This document shows, in pieces, positions 38,922 to 51,600 of a stretch of 64,000 bases of DNA (the first letter of the stretch is position 1; every line of letters starts with the position of its first letter). The position numbers were made by a program, and so were the translations under genes. The notes under the pieces are model-generated. The model was not told the origin of the DNA. It ran no database searches and worked only from the letters and a program-made list of their open reading frames with translations. This DNA comes from Octopus vulgaris (taxonomy: Eukaryota). The stretch is taken from NCBI GenBank assembly GCA_951406725.2, contig OX597814.1:3906001-3970000 (forward strand). The letters are read 5' to 3'.

Positions 38922-39005
38922 GAGTGAACACGTGTGAGGGGAAACAGTGGAAGTGAGAGGGAGAGAAACAAAAAGTAATTGACACACACGTATACACGTA
39001 TATAT

Positions 39006-39051
<46 letters not shown>

Positions 39052-39112
39052 GCATGCATATATATATATATATATACATATATATACATATATATATATA
39101 TGTATATATGTA

Positions 39113-39150
<38 letters not shown>

Positions 39151-39165
39151 CATATACATATATAT

Positions 39166-39199
<34 letters not shown>

Positions 39200-39391
39200 A
39201 CAGAGACACCCAATCTGCTGTAATCTGTGAAATCATTTTAATACGAGACCAACAAATTCTCTTGTTATTATCACCATTTGTGTGAGACAATCATTGCAGA
39301 AATTACAGCAAAACATTGTTACCGCTTCGACCAACCACCGACACCTCCCGCACCACCACCGTCACACATACCACACACACAAACACACATA

Positions 39392-39436
<45 letters not shown>

Positions 39437-39478
39437 TCACACAAACGTACTCACATTTACATACACACAATATACATA

Positions 39479-39521
<43 letters not shown>

Positions 39522-39567
39522 TTACTTATACATACAAATGTATACATATGTATGTATGTGTGTATAT

Positions 39568-39628
<61 letters not shown>

Positions 39629-40407
39629 AGGGTGGGGTGTATGAGTGCGTGTGTGTATGTGTGTGTGTATATACATATATACATATATATACACACACAG
39701 ATATATATGTGTATATACACACATATACACACCGCTATACTACGCAATTACCATCGCAAACTTAACATCTTAACACCACCACCCCAGCTATCACCAACAC
39801 TACTACCACCACCACCACTGCCATCAGCACCATCTCCCTTAATGTATACTAAGTACTCCCCCCCTCAAACACATTGTAAAATCCACCAACTCCAACTCCG
39901 CAACAACCAGTACATCATTACCACGATCCCGTGACCATCCCTCCTGAGTAGCCATCAGACCACCGCCAAGCCAACTACAGCCACCACAAAAAACCACCAT
40001 CACATCTTCGAACATCCCAGCTTTAAACCCATTCTACCTTTGATGGGAAATCTCGGCTTTTGTCTTCACCATACACACGTATGTATACATGCACGCACAT
40101 ACATACTACACACACATATACATATATACATACGCATACATACTACACATGCATAAATACATACATGCTCATACAGACATAGACACACACATACACATAT
40201 GCATATACATAAGTACATACATTTATAGATATATATACTTACAGAGTGTCACACAAACACACACACACACAAATATACATTCGTATATATAAATATATAT
40301 ATCCTAATATAAAAAAGAAAAAATACACGCAACTACTCTCTCTTTCTCTCTCTTTCTCTCCCTCACACGCACAGACACACTTACACACACAATCACACAT
40401 TTATACA

Positions 40408-40443
<36 letters not shown>

Positions 40444-40826
40444 CGAATAGATTTAAGTGTATATGTTTTACATTGTCCGTGTGTGAGACTGTACGCAGAT
40501 GTGTCTAAATAAATGTCTACGCTGTGTGCGTGTGTGCGCGCGCGTGTGTGTGTGGTTTGGTTATTCCGTTGCCATAACACTTAAATGTCCTTTCCTCTAT
40601 CATTTCATCAACATTACAAGAAAAATCCAGCATCTCATTTACCATTGATTGAATATGTGTGTGTGTATGTATATATTCAAAGACACACACATGTATATAT
40701 AGATATATATATACACACACACATATATATATACAGATATATATGAGGAAACATACACACTATACGTATATATGTATTCGTATACATAAGTTCCACTTAT
40801 ATCTACATACATATATATTCATACAC

Positions 40827-40867
<41 letters not shown>

Positions 40868-41043
40868 CATACATACCTATACATATATGTCTATAGGTAA
40901 ATATATATGATGTATATATGTATTTCCAATAATAACAATGCTATTCGTTTTGCGAACTGCGTTGCAATTACATATATATGCTAATGCAAGTATTTATACA
41001 CACACACACATCGTGAATTTATGTAGTTAGATAAATAGATAAT

Positions 41044-41109
<66 letters not shown>

Positions 41110-41596
41110 TTGTATCCGTATATGTATGTGTATATATACATATACATATCTCTCTCTCTATAATATATATATATATGTATATCTATATATATGTATATAA
41201 ATATATATATGTATATATACAAATATATAAACATATATATTATATATATATATATATATATTCACATATACATTTATACATATGTATTCAGATGTATAAA
41301 TTTTATATATAAATAAATACACGCTTAAGTATTGTATGTAAGTATTTTCGTATTTGGCATGCATATATCAGCGTATGTCTATATATGTCTAGATGTAGAT
41401 ATGGGTGTATATGCTACTAACAATAACAACATCATCGGAAATTATACATACAGGAATGTAATACATCCCACTTTCCAGTCAAAATGTCTGAGGCGTATAT
41501 ACATATAAGCATCTATATAAAGGGGGGTGTACATATTTATATGCATTCGTTCATGTTTATAATGCATATACATACATATGCATGTATGTATGTGTC

Positions 41597-41800
41597 AAGG
41601 CGTGGCTCAGTGGCTAGAGTATACGGCTCAATGTCGTGATGACGCGTGCGTTCGATTCCTGGCGTCACGTCTGATCCTTGAGCAAAATATTTTATCTTAT
41701 GTTTTTCCAGCCCCAATTAGCTGGCAACAATGATTTGTAGCTTTTATTGAAGGGCCCAGCCCTGTCGCATTCTCTGCGACGCTTAATGTCCCTCAGAACC
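41597..41800 (+). mobile_element. Degenerate tRNA-derived SINE
   Basis: ggcgtggctcagtggctagagt...gttcgattcctggc...ccttgagcaa. Confidence 0.6.
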
Positions 41801-41939
41801 ATATTCTTCACAACCAATTTCAGCTGGTCTCTATCATGAGATTCTTGCCATTGAAGACTTTGCTACGCTTGACTGGACAGCTGGGAGACGGAGGGTGCCA
41901 GAAACGAGTTGCATGATGGGTAGGGTACGGCTAACCAGC

Positions 41940-44715
41940 CCAATTTACCAATTGATTGATTTCTTGACAATTTGCCAATTGATTTCTTGCCAATTTACCA
42001 GTTCATTGATTTCTTGCCAATTTACCAATTGGTTTAATGCCAATTTACTAATTGATTGATTTCTTGCCTATTTACCAATTCATTGATTTCTTCTCAATTT
42101 ACCAATTAGATTCTTGCCAATTTAGCAATTGATTTCTTGCCAATATGCCAATTCATTGATTTCTTGCCAATTTACCAATTTGTTTCTTGCCGATTTACCA
42201 AGTCATTGATTTCTACCGAATTTACCAATTGGTTTTTTCCGAATTTACTAATTGATTGAGTTCTTGCCAATTTACCAATTCATTGATTTCTTCCCAATTT
42301 ACCAATTTCTTTCTTGCCAATTTACCAATAGGTTACTTGCCAATTTACTAATTGATTGATAGCTTGCCAATTTACCAATTCATTGATTTATTCCCAATTT
42401 ACCAATTAGCTTCTTGCCAATTTACCAATTGATTTCTTGCCAATTTACATATTCATTGATAATTCCCAATTTACCAATTTAACTTGGTAATTTACCGATT
42501 AACCAATCATTAATTTCTTCCCAATTTACCAATTTGTTTCTTGCCAATTTACCAATTCATTGATATCTTCCCAATTTCCCAATTTCTTTCATGCCGATTT
42601 ACCAAGTCATTGATTTCTTCCCAATATACCAACTTGTTTCTTGACAATTTACCATTTGATTTCTTGCCGATTTACCAAGTCATTCATTTCTTGCCAATTT
42701 ACCAAGTCATTGATTTTTGCCAATTTACCAATTCATTGATTTCTTGCCAATTTACTAATTTGATTGATTTTTGCCAATTTACCAAGTCATTGATTTTTGC
42801 CAATTTACCAAGTCATTGATTTCTTGCAAATTTACCAAGTCATTAATTTTTGCCACTTTACAAAGTCATTGATTTTTGCCAATATACCAAGTTATTGATT
42901 TTTGCCAAATTAGTTTCAAGCCAATTTACTAACTTCATTGATTTTTGCCAATTTAGCAAGTCATTGATTTCTTGCTAGTCTAACAAATCATTGATTTTTG
43001 TCAATTTACCAAATCATTGATTTTTGCCAAATTACCAACTCATTGATTTTTGCCAATTTACAAATTAGTTTCCTGCCAAGTTACTAATTCATTGATTCTT
43101 GCCAATTTACCAAGTCCTATATTTTGCCAATTTACCAAGTCATTGATTTTTGCCAATTTACCAAGTCATTGATTTCTTGCCAATTTACCAAGTCATTGAT
43201 TTCTTGCCAATTTACCAAATCATTGATTTCTTGCCAATTTACCAAGTCATTGATTTCTGCCAATATACCAATTAGTTTCCTGCCAATTTACTAATTAATT
43301 AATTCTTGCCAATTTACCGAGTCATTGATGTTTGCCAATTTACCAAGTCATTGATTTATGCCAATTTACCAAATCATTGATTTCTTGCCAATTTACCAAT
43401 TCATTGATTGCTTGCCAATTTACGAATTAGTTTCTAGCCAATTGACTAATACATTGATTCTTGCCAATTTACCAACTCTTTGATTTTTGCCAATTTAAGA
43501 GTCATAGATATCTTGCCAATTTACCAAGTCATTAATTTTTGCCAATTTACCAAGTCATTGATTTTTGCCAATTTACCAATTAGTTTCCCGCCAATTTACT
43601 AATTAATCGATTCTTGCCAATTTACCAACTCATTGATGTTCGCCAATTTACCAAATCATTGATTTATGCGAATTTACCAAATCATTCATTTCTTGCCAAT
43701 TTACCAATTAGTTTCTTGCCAATTTACTACTAAGTCATTGATTTTTGCCAATTTATCAAGTCATTGATTTCTTGCCAATTTACCAAGTCATTGATTTCTA
43801 GCCAATTTACCAAGTCATTGATTTTTGCCAATTTACAAAGTCATTGATTTTTGCCAAATTACCAAGTCATTGATTTCTTGCCAATTTACCAAGTCATTGA
43901 TTTTTGCCAATTTACCAAGTCATTGATTTCTTGCCAATTTACCAAGTCATTGATTTATGCCAATTTACCAAATCATTGATTTCTTGCCAATTTACCAATT
44001 CATTGATTGCTTGCCAATTTACGAATTAGTTTCTAGCCAATTGACTAATACATTGATTCTTGCCAATTTACCAACTCTTTGATTTTTGCCAATTTAAGAG
44101 TCATAGATATCTTGCCAATTTACCAAGTCATTAATTTTTGCCAATTTACCAAGTCATTGATTTTTGCCAATTTACCAATTAGTTTCCCGCCAATTTACTA
44201 ATTAATCGATTCTTGCCAATTTACCAACTCATTGATGTTCGCCAATTTACCAAATCATTGATTTATGCGAATTTACCAAATCATTCATTTCTTGCCAATT
44301 TACCAATTAGTTTCTTGCCAATTTACTACTAAGTCATTGATTTTTGCCAATTTATCAAGTCATTGATTTCTTGCCAATTTACCAAGTCATTGATTTCTAG
44401 CCAATTTACCAAGTCATTGATTTTTGCCAATTTACAAAGTCATTGATTTTTGCCAAATTACCAAGTCATTGATTTCTTGCCAATTTACCAAGTCATTGAT
44501 TTTTGCCAATTTACCAAGTCATTGATTTCTTGCCAATTTACCAAGTCATTGATGTTTGCCAATTTACCAAGTCAATGATTTCTAGCCAATTTACCAAGTC
44601 ATTCATTTTTGCCAATTTACAAAGTCATTGATTTGTTGCCAATTTAACAAGGCATTGATTTTTGCCAATTTAGCAAGGCATTGGTTTCTTGTCAATTTAC
44701 CAATTCATTGATTTC
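41940..44715 (+). repeat. 26/27-bp satellite, left block (TTGCCAATTTACCAAGTCATTGATTTC)
   Basis: Tandem array with a 599-bp higher-order duplication near 43330-44530. Confidence 0.95.
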
Positions 44716-45907
44716 AGAGATCAAAGAGGGTACCGACAGAGATAAAAAAGACGGTGCCGACAGAGATCAAAGAGCGAGCCGACAAAGATTAAAGAGGAAT
44801 GCTGACATAGATCAAAGAGGGTACCGACAGAGAGCAAAGACGGTGCCGAAAGAGATCAAAGACGGTGCCGACAGAGATCAAAGATGGTGCCGACAGAGAT
44901 CAAGGACAGTACCGAAAGAGATCAAAGAGGAGTGTTGACAGATATCAATGTGGGTACCGACAGAGATCAAAGAAGTTGCCGACAGGGATCAAAGTAGGTG
45001 CCGACAGAGATAAAAGACGGTGCCGACAGAGATCAAAGAGCGAGTCGACAAAGATTAAAGAGGAATGCTGACATAGATCAAAGAGGGTACCGACAGAGAG
45101 CAAAGACGGTGCCGAAAGAGATCAAAGACGGTGCCGACAGAGATCAAAGATGGTGCCGACAGAGATCAAGGACAGTACCGAAAGAGATCAAAGAGGAGTG
45201 TTGACAGATATCAATGTGGGTACCGACAGAGATCAAAGAAGTTGCCGACAGGGATCAAAGTAGGTGCCGACAGAGATCAAAGTAGATGCCGATAAAGATC
45301 AAAGAGTGAGCCGACAGAGATTAAAGAGCCTGCCGATAGAGATCAAAGAGCGTGCCAACAGAGATAAAAGAACGTGCAAACAGATCAAAGAGCATGCCGA
45401 CAGAAATGAAAGGCGGTGCCGAAAGAGATCAAAGAGGGTGCCGAAAGAGATCAAAGAGGGTGCCGAAAGAGATCAAAGAGGGTGCCGAAAGAGATCAAAG
45501 AGGAGTGTTGACAGAGATCAAAGAGGGTTGTTGACAGAGTTCAAAGAGCGTGCCGACAGAAATGAAAGGCGGTGCCGAAAGAGATCAAAGAAGGTGCCGA
45601 AAGAGATCAAAGAGGGTGCCGAAAGAGATCAAAGAGGGTGCCGAAAGAGATCAAAGAGGGTGCCGAAAGAGATCAAAGAGGAGTGTTGACAGAGATCAAA
45701 GAGGGTTGTTGACAGAGTTCAAAGAGCGTGCCGACAGAGATCAAGGAGCGTGCCGACAGAGATCAAAGACGGTGCAGAAAGAGATCAAAGAGGGTCACGA
45801 AAGATATCAAAGAGGGTACCGACAGAGATCAAAAAGCGTGCCGACAGAGCTCAAAGAGGAGTGCCGACATAGATTAAAGAGGATAGTCGACAGAGATCAA
45901 AGAGGGT
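44716..45907 (+). repeat. 22-bp satellite, forward arm (GACAGAGATCAAAGAGGGTGCC)
   Basis: Tandem array; 266-bp higher-order repeat (44781 vs 45047). Confidence 0.95.
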
Positions 45908-45928
45908 CCTGACATTCCTGACACTCCA

Positions 45929-48378
45929 GACACTCCTCTTTAATCTCTGTCGGCTCGCTCTTTGATCTCTGTCGGCACCCTCTTTGATATCTGTCGACAC
46001 CCTCTTTGATCTCTGTCGGCACCATCTTTGATCTCTTTCGGCACCCTCTTTGATCTCTGTCGGCACCCTCTTTGATCTCTGTCGGCACCCTCTTTGATCT
46101 CTGTCGGCACCCTCTTTGATCTCTGTCGACACCCTCTTTGATCTCTGTCGGCAGCCTCTTCGATCTATGTCGGCACCCTCTTCGATCTATGTCGGCACCC
46201 TCTTTGATCTCTGTCGGCACCCTATTTTATCTCTGTCGGCACCCTCTTTGATCTCTGTCGGCACCCTCTTTGATATCTGTCGGCACCCTCTTTGATCTTT
46301 GTCGGCACCCTCTTTGATCTATGTCGACACCCTCTTCGATCTCTGCCAACAGCCTCTTCGATCTCTGTCGGCACCCTATTTGATCTCTGTCGGCACCCTC
46401 TTTGGTCTCTGTCGGCACCCTCTTTGATCTCTGTCGGCACCCTCTTTGATCTCTGTCGACACCCTCTTCGATCTCTGTCGTCACCCTCTTTGATCTCTGT
46501 CGGCACCCTCTTTGATCTCTGTCGGCACCCTCTTTGATCTTTGTCGGCACACTCTTTGATCTCTGTTGGCACTTCTCTTTAATCTCTTTCGGCTCGCTCA
46601 TTGATCTCTTTCGGCACCCTCTTTGATCTCTGTCGACACTCCTCTTTGATCTCTGTCGGCACCATCTTTGATCTCTGTCGGCTCGCTCTCTGATCTCTGT
46701 CGGCACCATCTTTGATCTCTGTGGCTCGCTCTTTGATCTCTGTCGGTACCCTCTTTGATCTCTTTCAGCACCCTATTTGATTTCTGTCGGCACCCTCTTT
46801 GATCTCTGTCGGCACCCACTTTCATCTCTGTCGATACCCTCTTTGATCTCTGTCGGCACTCTCATTAATCTCTTTCGGCACCCTCTTTGATCTCTGTCGG
46901 CACTCCTCTTTGATCTCTGTCGGCACCCTATTTGATCTCTGTCGGCACCCTCTTTGATCTCTGTCGACACCCTCTTTGATCTCTGTCGACACCCTCTTTG
47001 ATCTCTTTCGGCACGCTCTTTGATCTCTGTCGGCACTCCTCTTTAATCTATGTCGGCTCGCTCTTTGATGTCTGGCGGTACCCTCTTTGATCTCTGTCGA
47101 CACCCTCTTCAATCTCTGTCGGCACCCTCTTTGATCTCTGTCGGCACCATCTTTGATCTCTGTCGGCTCGCTCTTTGACCTCTGTCGGTACCCTCTTTGA
47201 TCTCTTTCAGCACCCTATTTGATCTCTGTCGGCACCCTCTTTGATCTCTGTCGGCACTCCTCTTTGATCTCTGTCAGCACCCTATTTGATCTCTGTCGGC
47301 ACCCTCTTTGATCTCTGTCGACACCCTCTTTGATCTCTGTCGACACCCTCTTTGATCTCTTTCGGCACGCTCTTTGATCTCTGTCGGCACTCCTCTTTAA
47401 TCTATGTCGGCTCGCTCTTTGATCTCTGGCGGTACCCTCTTTGATCTCTGTCGACACCCTCTTCAATCCCTGTCGGCACCCTCTTTGATCTATCTCGACA
47501 CTCCTCTTTAATCTCTGTCGGCTCGCTCTTTGATCTCTGTCGACACGCTATTTGATCTCTGTCGGCACCCTCTTTGATCTCTGTCGACACTCCTCTTTGA
47601 TCTCTGTCGGCTCGCTCTTTGATCACTGTCGGCACTCTCACTAATCTCTTTCGGCACCCTATTTGATCTCTGTCGGCTCGCTCTTTGATCTCTGTCGGCA
47701 CCCTATTTGATCTCTGTCGGCACCGTCTTTGATCTCTGTCGGCACCCACTTTGATCTCTGTCGGCACTCCTCTTTAATCTATGTCGGCTCGCTCTTTGAT
47801 CTCTGTCGGCACCCTCTTTGATCTCTGTCGGCACCCTCTTTGATCTCTGTCGGCTCGCTCTTTGATCTCTGTCGACACTCCTCTTTGATCTCTTTCGGCA
47901 CCCTCTTTGATTTCTGTCGGCACCCTCTTTGATCTCTGTCGGCACTCTCATTAATCTCTTTCGGCACCCTCTTTGATCTCGCTCATTGATCTTTGGAATA
48001 TCAGGAATGTCGGGAATTTCTGCAATGTCTGGAATTTCTAGAATGCCAAGAATGTCTGGAACTCTTTGAACTCTTTCGGCACCGTCTTTGATCTCTGTCG
48101 GCACCCTCTTAGATCTCTGTCGACTTTTTGATCTATGTCGGCACCCTCTTTGATTTCCGTCGGCAGGCTCTTTGACATCTTTTGCCGCCCTCTTTGATCT
48201 CTCTCGGCACCCTCTTTGATCACTGTCGGCACGATCTTTGATCTCTTTTAGCACCGTCTTTGATCTCTGTCAACACCCTCTTTGATCTCTGTCGGCAGTA
48301 TTTTTGATCTCTGACGACCCCCTCCTTGATCTCTGTCGGCACTCCTCTTTGACCTCTGACGGAACGCTCTTTGATCTC
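45929..48378 (-). repeat. 22-bp satellite, inverted arm, with internal 9-bp block at 47995-48062
   Basis: ggcaccctctttgatctctgtc tandem array, the reverse complement of the forward arm. Confidence 0.95.
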
Positions 48379-48601
48379 GGGAATATCAGGAATGTCGGGA
48401 ATGTCTGCAATGTTTGGAATGTCAGGAATATCATGAATGTCTGGAATGTCTGGAATGTCTGGAAAGTCAGGAATGTCATGAATGTCATAAATGTTTTGAA
48501 TGTCAGGGATGTAGAGAATGTCTGGAATGTCTGGTATGTCGGGGATGTCTGGAATGTCTGGTATGTCGGGGATGTCTGGAATGTCTGGTATGTCGGGAAT
48601 G
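48379..48601 (-). repeat. 9-bp minisatellite (GGAATGTCT)n
   Basis: ggaatgtct/ggaatgtca/ggtatgtcg variants. Confidence 0.92.
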
Positions 48602-51600
48602 CTAATTTACCACGTCATTGATTTCTTGCCAATTTACCAAGTCATTGATTTTTGCCAATTTACCAAGTTATTGATTTCTTGCCAATTTACCAAGTCATTC
48701 ATTTTTGCCAATTTACCATGTCACTGATTTTTGCCAATTTACCAAGTCATTGATTTCTCGTCACTTTACTAATTCATTGAATTCTTACCAATTTCATAAT
48801 TGATTTGTTGTAGATTTATCAATTCATTGATTTCTTTCCAATTTGCCAATTGGTTTCTTGCCAATTTACTAATTGATTAATTTTTTTCCAATTTACCAAT
48901 TCATTGATGTCTCCCAATTTACCAAGTCATTGATATCTTGTCAATTTACCAAGTCATTGATTTCTTGCCAATTTACCAAGTCTTTGGTTTTTGCCAATTT
49001 ACCAAATAGTTTCCTGCCAATTTACTAATTCATTGCTTCTTGCCAATTTACCAAGTCACTGATTTCTTGTCAAATTACCAAGTTATTGATTTCTTGCCAA
49101 TTTACCACGTCATTGATTTTTTGCCAATTTACCAAGTCATTGAATTTTTGCCAATTTATCAAGTCATTGATTTCTTGCCAATTTACCAAGTCATTGATTT
49201 TTGCCAATTTACCAAGTCATTGATTTCTTGCCAATTTACCTATTCATTGACTTCATCTCAATTTCCCAATTGATTTCTTGCCGATTTACCAATTCATTGT
49301 TTCTTCCCAATTTATCAATTGGTTACTTGCCATTTGACAATTTGATTAATTATTGCCAATTTCTAAAGTCATTGATACTTGCAACTTTACCAAGTCTCAT
49401 CCTTATTGAACATGTTCCCTAACATCATTCTCTCTCTCCCACCCTCTCGCTTTCTTTCTTTCTCTCTCTCTTCCATCCCATCTTCGGTCTCTAACTTCCC
49501 TACACATACTCTCACCTTGTCAATTTACCAAGTCATTGATTTCCGCAAAATTACCAAGTCATTGATTTTTGCCAATTTACCAAGTCATTGATTTCATGAC
49601 AATTTACCAAATCATTGATTTCTTGCAAATTTACCAATTCATATCTTGCCAATTTACCAAATCATTGATTTTTGCCAATTTGCCAATTAGTTTCCTGCCA
49701 ATTTACTAATTCATTGATTCTTACAAATTTGCCAAGTCATTGATATTTGCCAATTTACCAGGTCATTGATTTTTGCCAATTTTACAAGTCATTTCTTGCC
49801 AATTTACCAAGTCATTGATTTCTTGCCAATTTACCAAGTCATTGATTTTTGCCAATTTACTAAGTCATTCATTTCTTGCCAATTTACCTAGTCATTGATT
49901 TTTGCCATTTTACCAAGTCATTGATTTCTTTTCAATTTACAAATTCATTGATTTCTTCCCAATTTCGTAATTGATTTTTTTTTGGGATTTACCAATTCAT
50001 TAATTTCTTCCCAATTTACCAATTGGTTTCTTTCCAATATACTAACTGATTGATTTTTGCTCTCTTTCCAATTCATTGATGTTTGCCAATTTACGAGGTC
50101 ATTGGTATCTTGCCAATTTACCAACTCATTAATTTTTGCCAATTAACCAAGTCATTAATTTTTGCCATTTTACCAATTAGTTTCAAGCCAATTCACTAAT
50201 TCATTAATTCTTGCCAATTCACCAAGTCATTGATTTTTACCAATTTGCCAATTCATTGATTTTTGCCATTTTACCAAGTCCTTGTTTTCTTGCCAATATA
50301 CCAAGTCATTGATTTCTTGCCAATTTACCAAGTCATATATTTTTGCCAATTTACCAAGTCATATATTGTTGCCTGTTTACCAAGTCATTGATTTTTGCCA
50401 ATTTACCAAGTCATTGATTTCTTGCCAATTTACCAAGTCATATATTTTTGCCAATTTACCAAGTCATATATTTTTGCCTATTTACCAAGTCATTGATTTT
50501 TGCCAATTTACCAAGTCATTGATTTCTTGCCAATTTCCCAAGTCATTGATCTTTGCCAATTTCCCAAGTTATTGATTTCTTGCCAATTTAGCGAGTCATT
50601 GATTTCTTCCCAATTTACCAATTGATATCTTCCCAGTTTACCAAGTAATTAATTTTGCCAATTTACCAAGTCATTGATTTTTACCAATTTATCAATTATC
50701 CTTCCAATTTATTAATTCATTGATTCTTGCCAATTTACCAAGTCATTGATATTTGCCAATTCACCAAGTCATTAATTTTTACCAATTCACCAAGTCATTG
50801 ATTTTGCCAATTTACCAAGTCATTGATTTCTTGCCACTTTACCAAGTCATATATTTTTGCCAATTTACCAACTCATATATTTTTATCTATTTACCAATTC
50901 ATTGATTTTTGCCAATTTACCAAGTCATTGATTTCTTGCCAATTTGCCAAGTCATTGATTTTTGCCAATTTCCGAAGTTATTGATTTTTTGCCAATTTAC
51001 CAAGTCATTGATTTCTTGCCAATTTACCAATTCATTGATTTCTTCCCAATTTACCAATTGATATCTTCCCAATTTACCAAGTCATTACTTTTTTGCCAAT
51101 TTACCAAGTCATTGATTTTTAGCAATTTATCAATTATTATCCTTCCAAATTCATTGATTCTTGCCAATTTACCAAGTCATTGATTTTTGCCAATTTACCA
51201 AGTCATTGATTTTTGCCAATTAGTTTCATGCCAATTTAATAATTCATTGATTTTTGCAAATTTGCCAAGTCTTTGATTTTTGCCAATTTTACAAGTCATT
51301 GATTTTTGCCAATTTACCAAGTCATTGCTTGTTGCCAATTTATCAAATATTATCCTTCCAATTTATTAATTCATTGATTCTTGCCAATTTACCAAGTCAT
51401 TGATTTTTGCCAATTTACAAAGTCATTGATTTTTGCCAATTTAGCAGGTCATTTAATTCTTGTCAATTTACCAATTCATGGAATTGCCAATTTACCAATT
51501 CATTCATTTCTTCCCAATTTACCAATCGATATCTTGCCGATTTACCAATTCATTGATTTTTCCCAATTTACCAATTGGTTTCTTGCCAATTTACTAAATG

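Noticed and set aside
44716-48378. CRISPR-like appearance of the 22-bp repeats
   Set aside because: Monomers are contiguous with no unique spacers; no cas genes; eukaryotic context.
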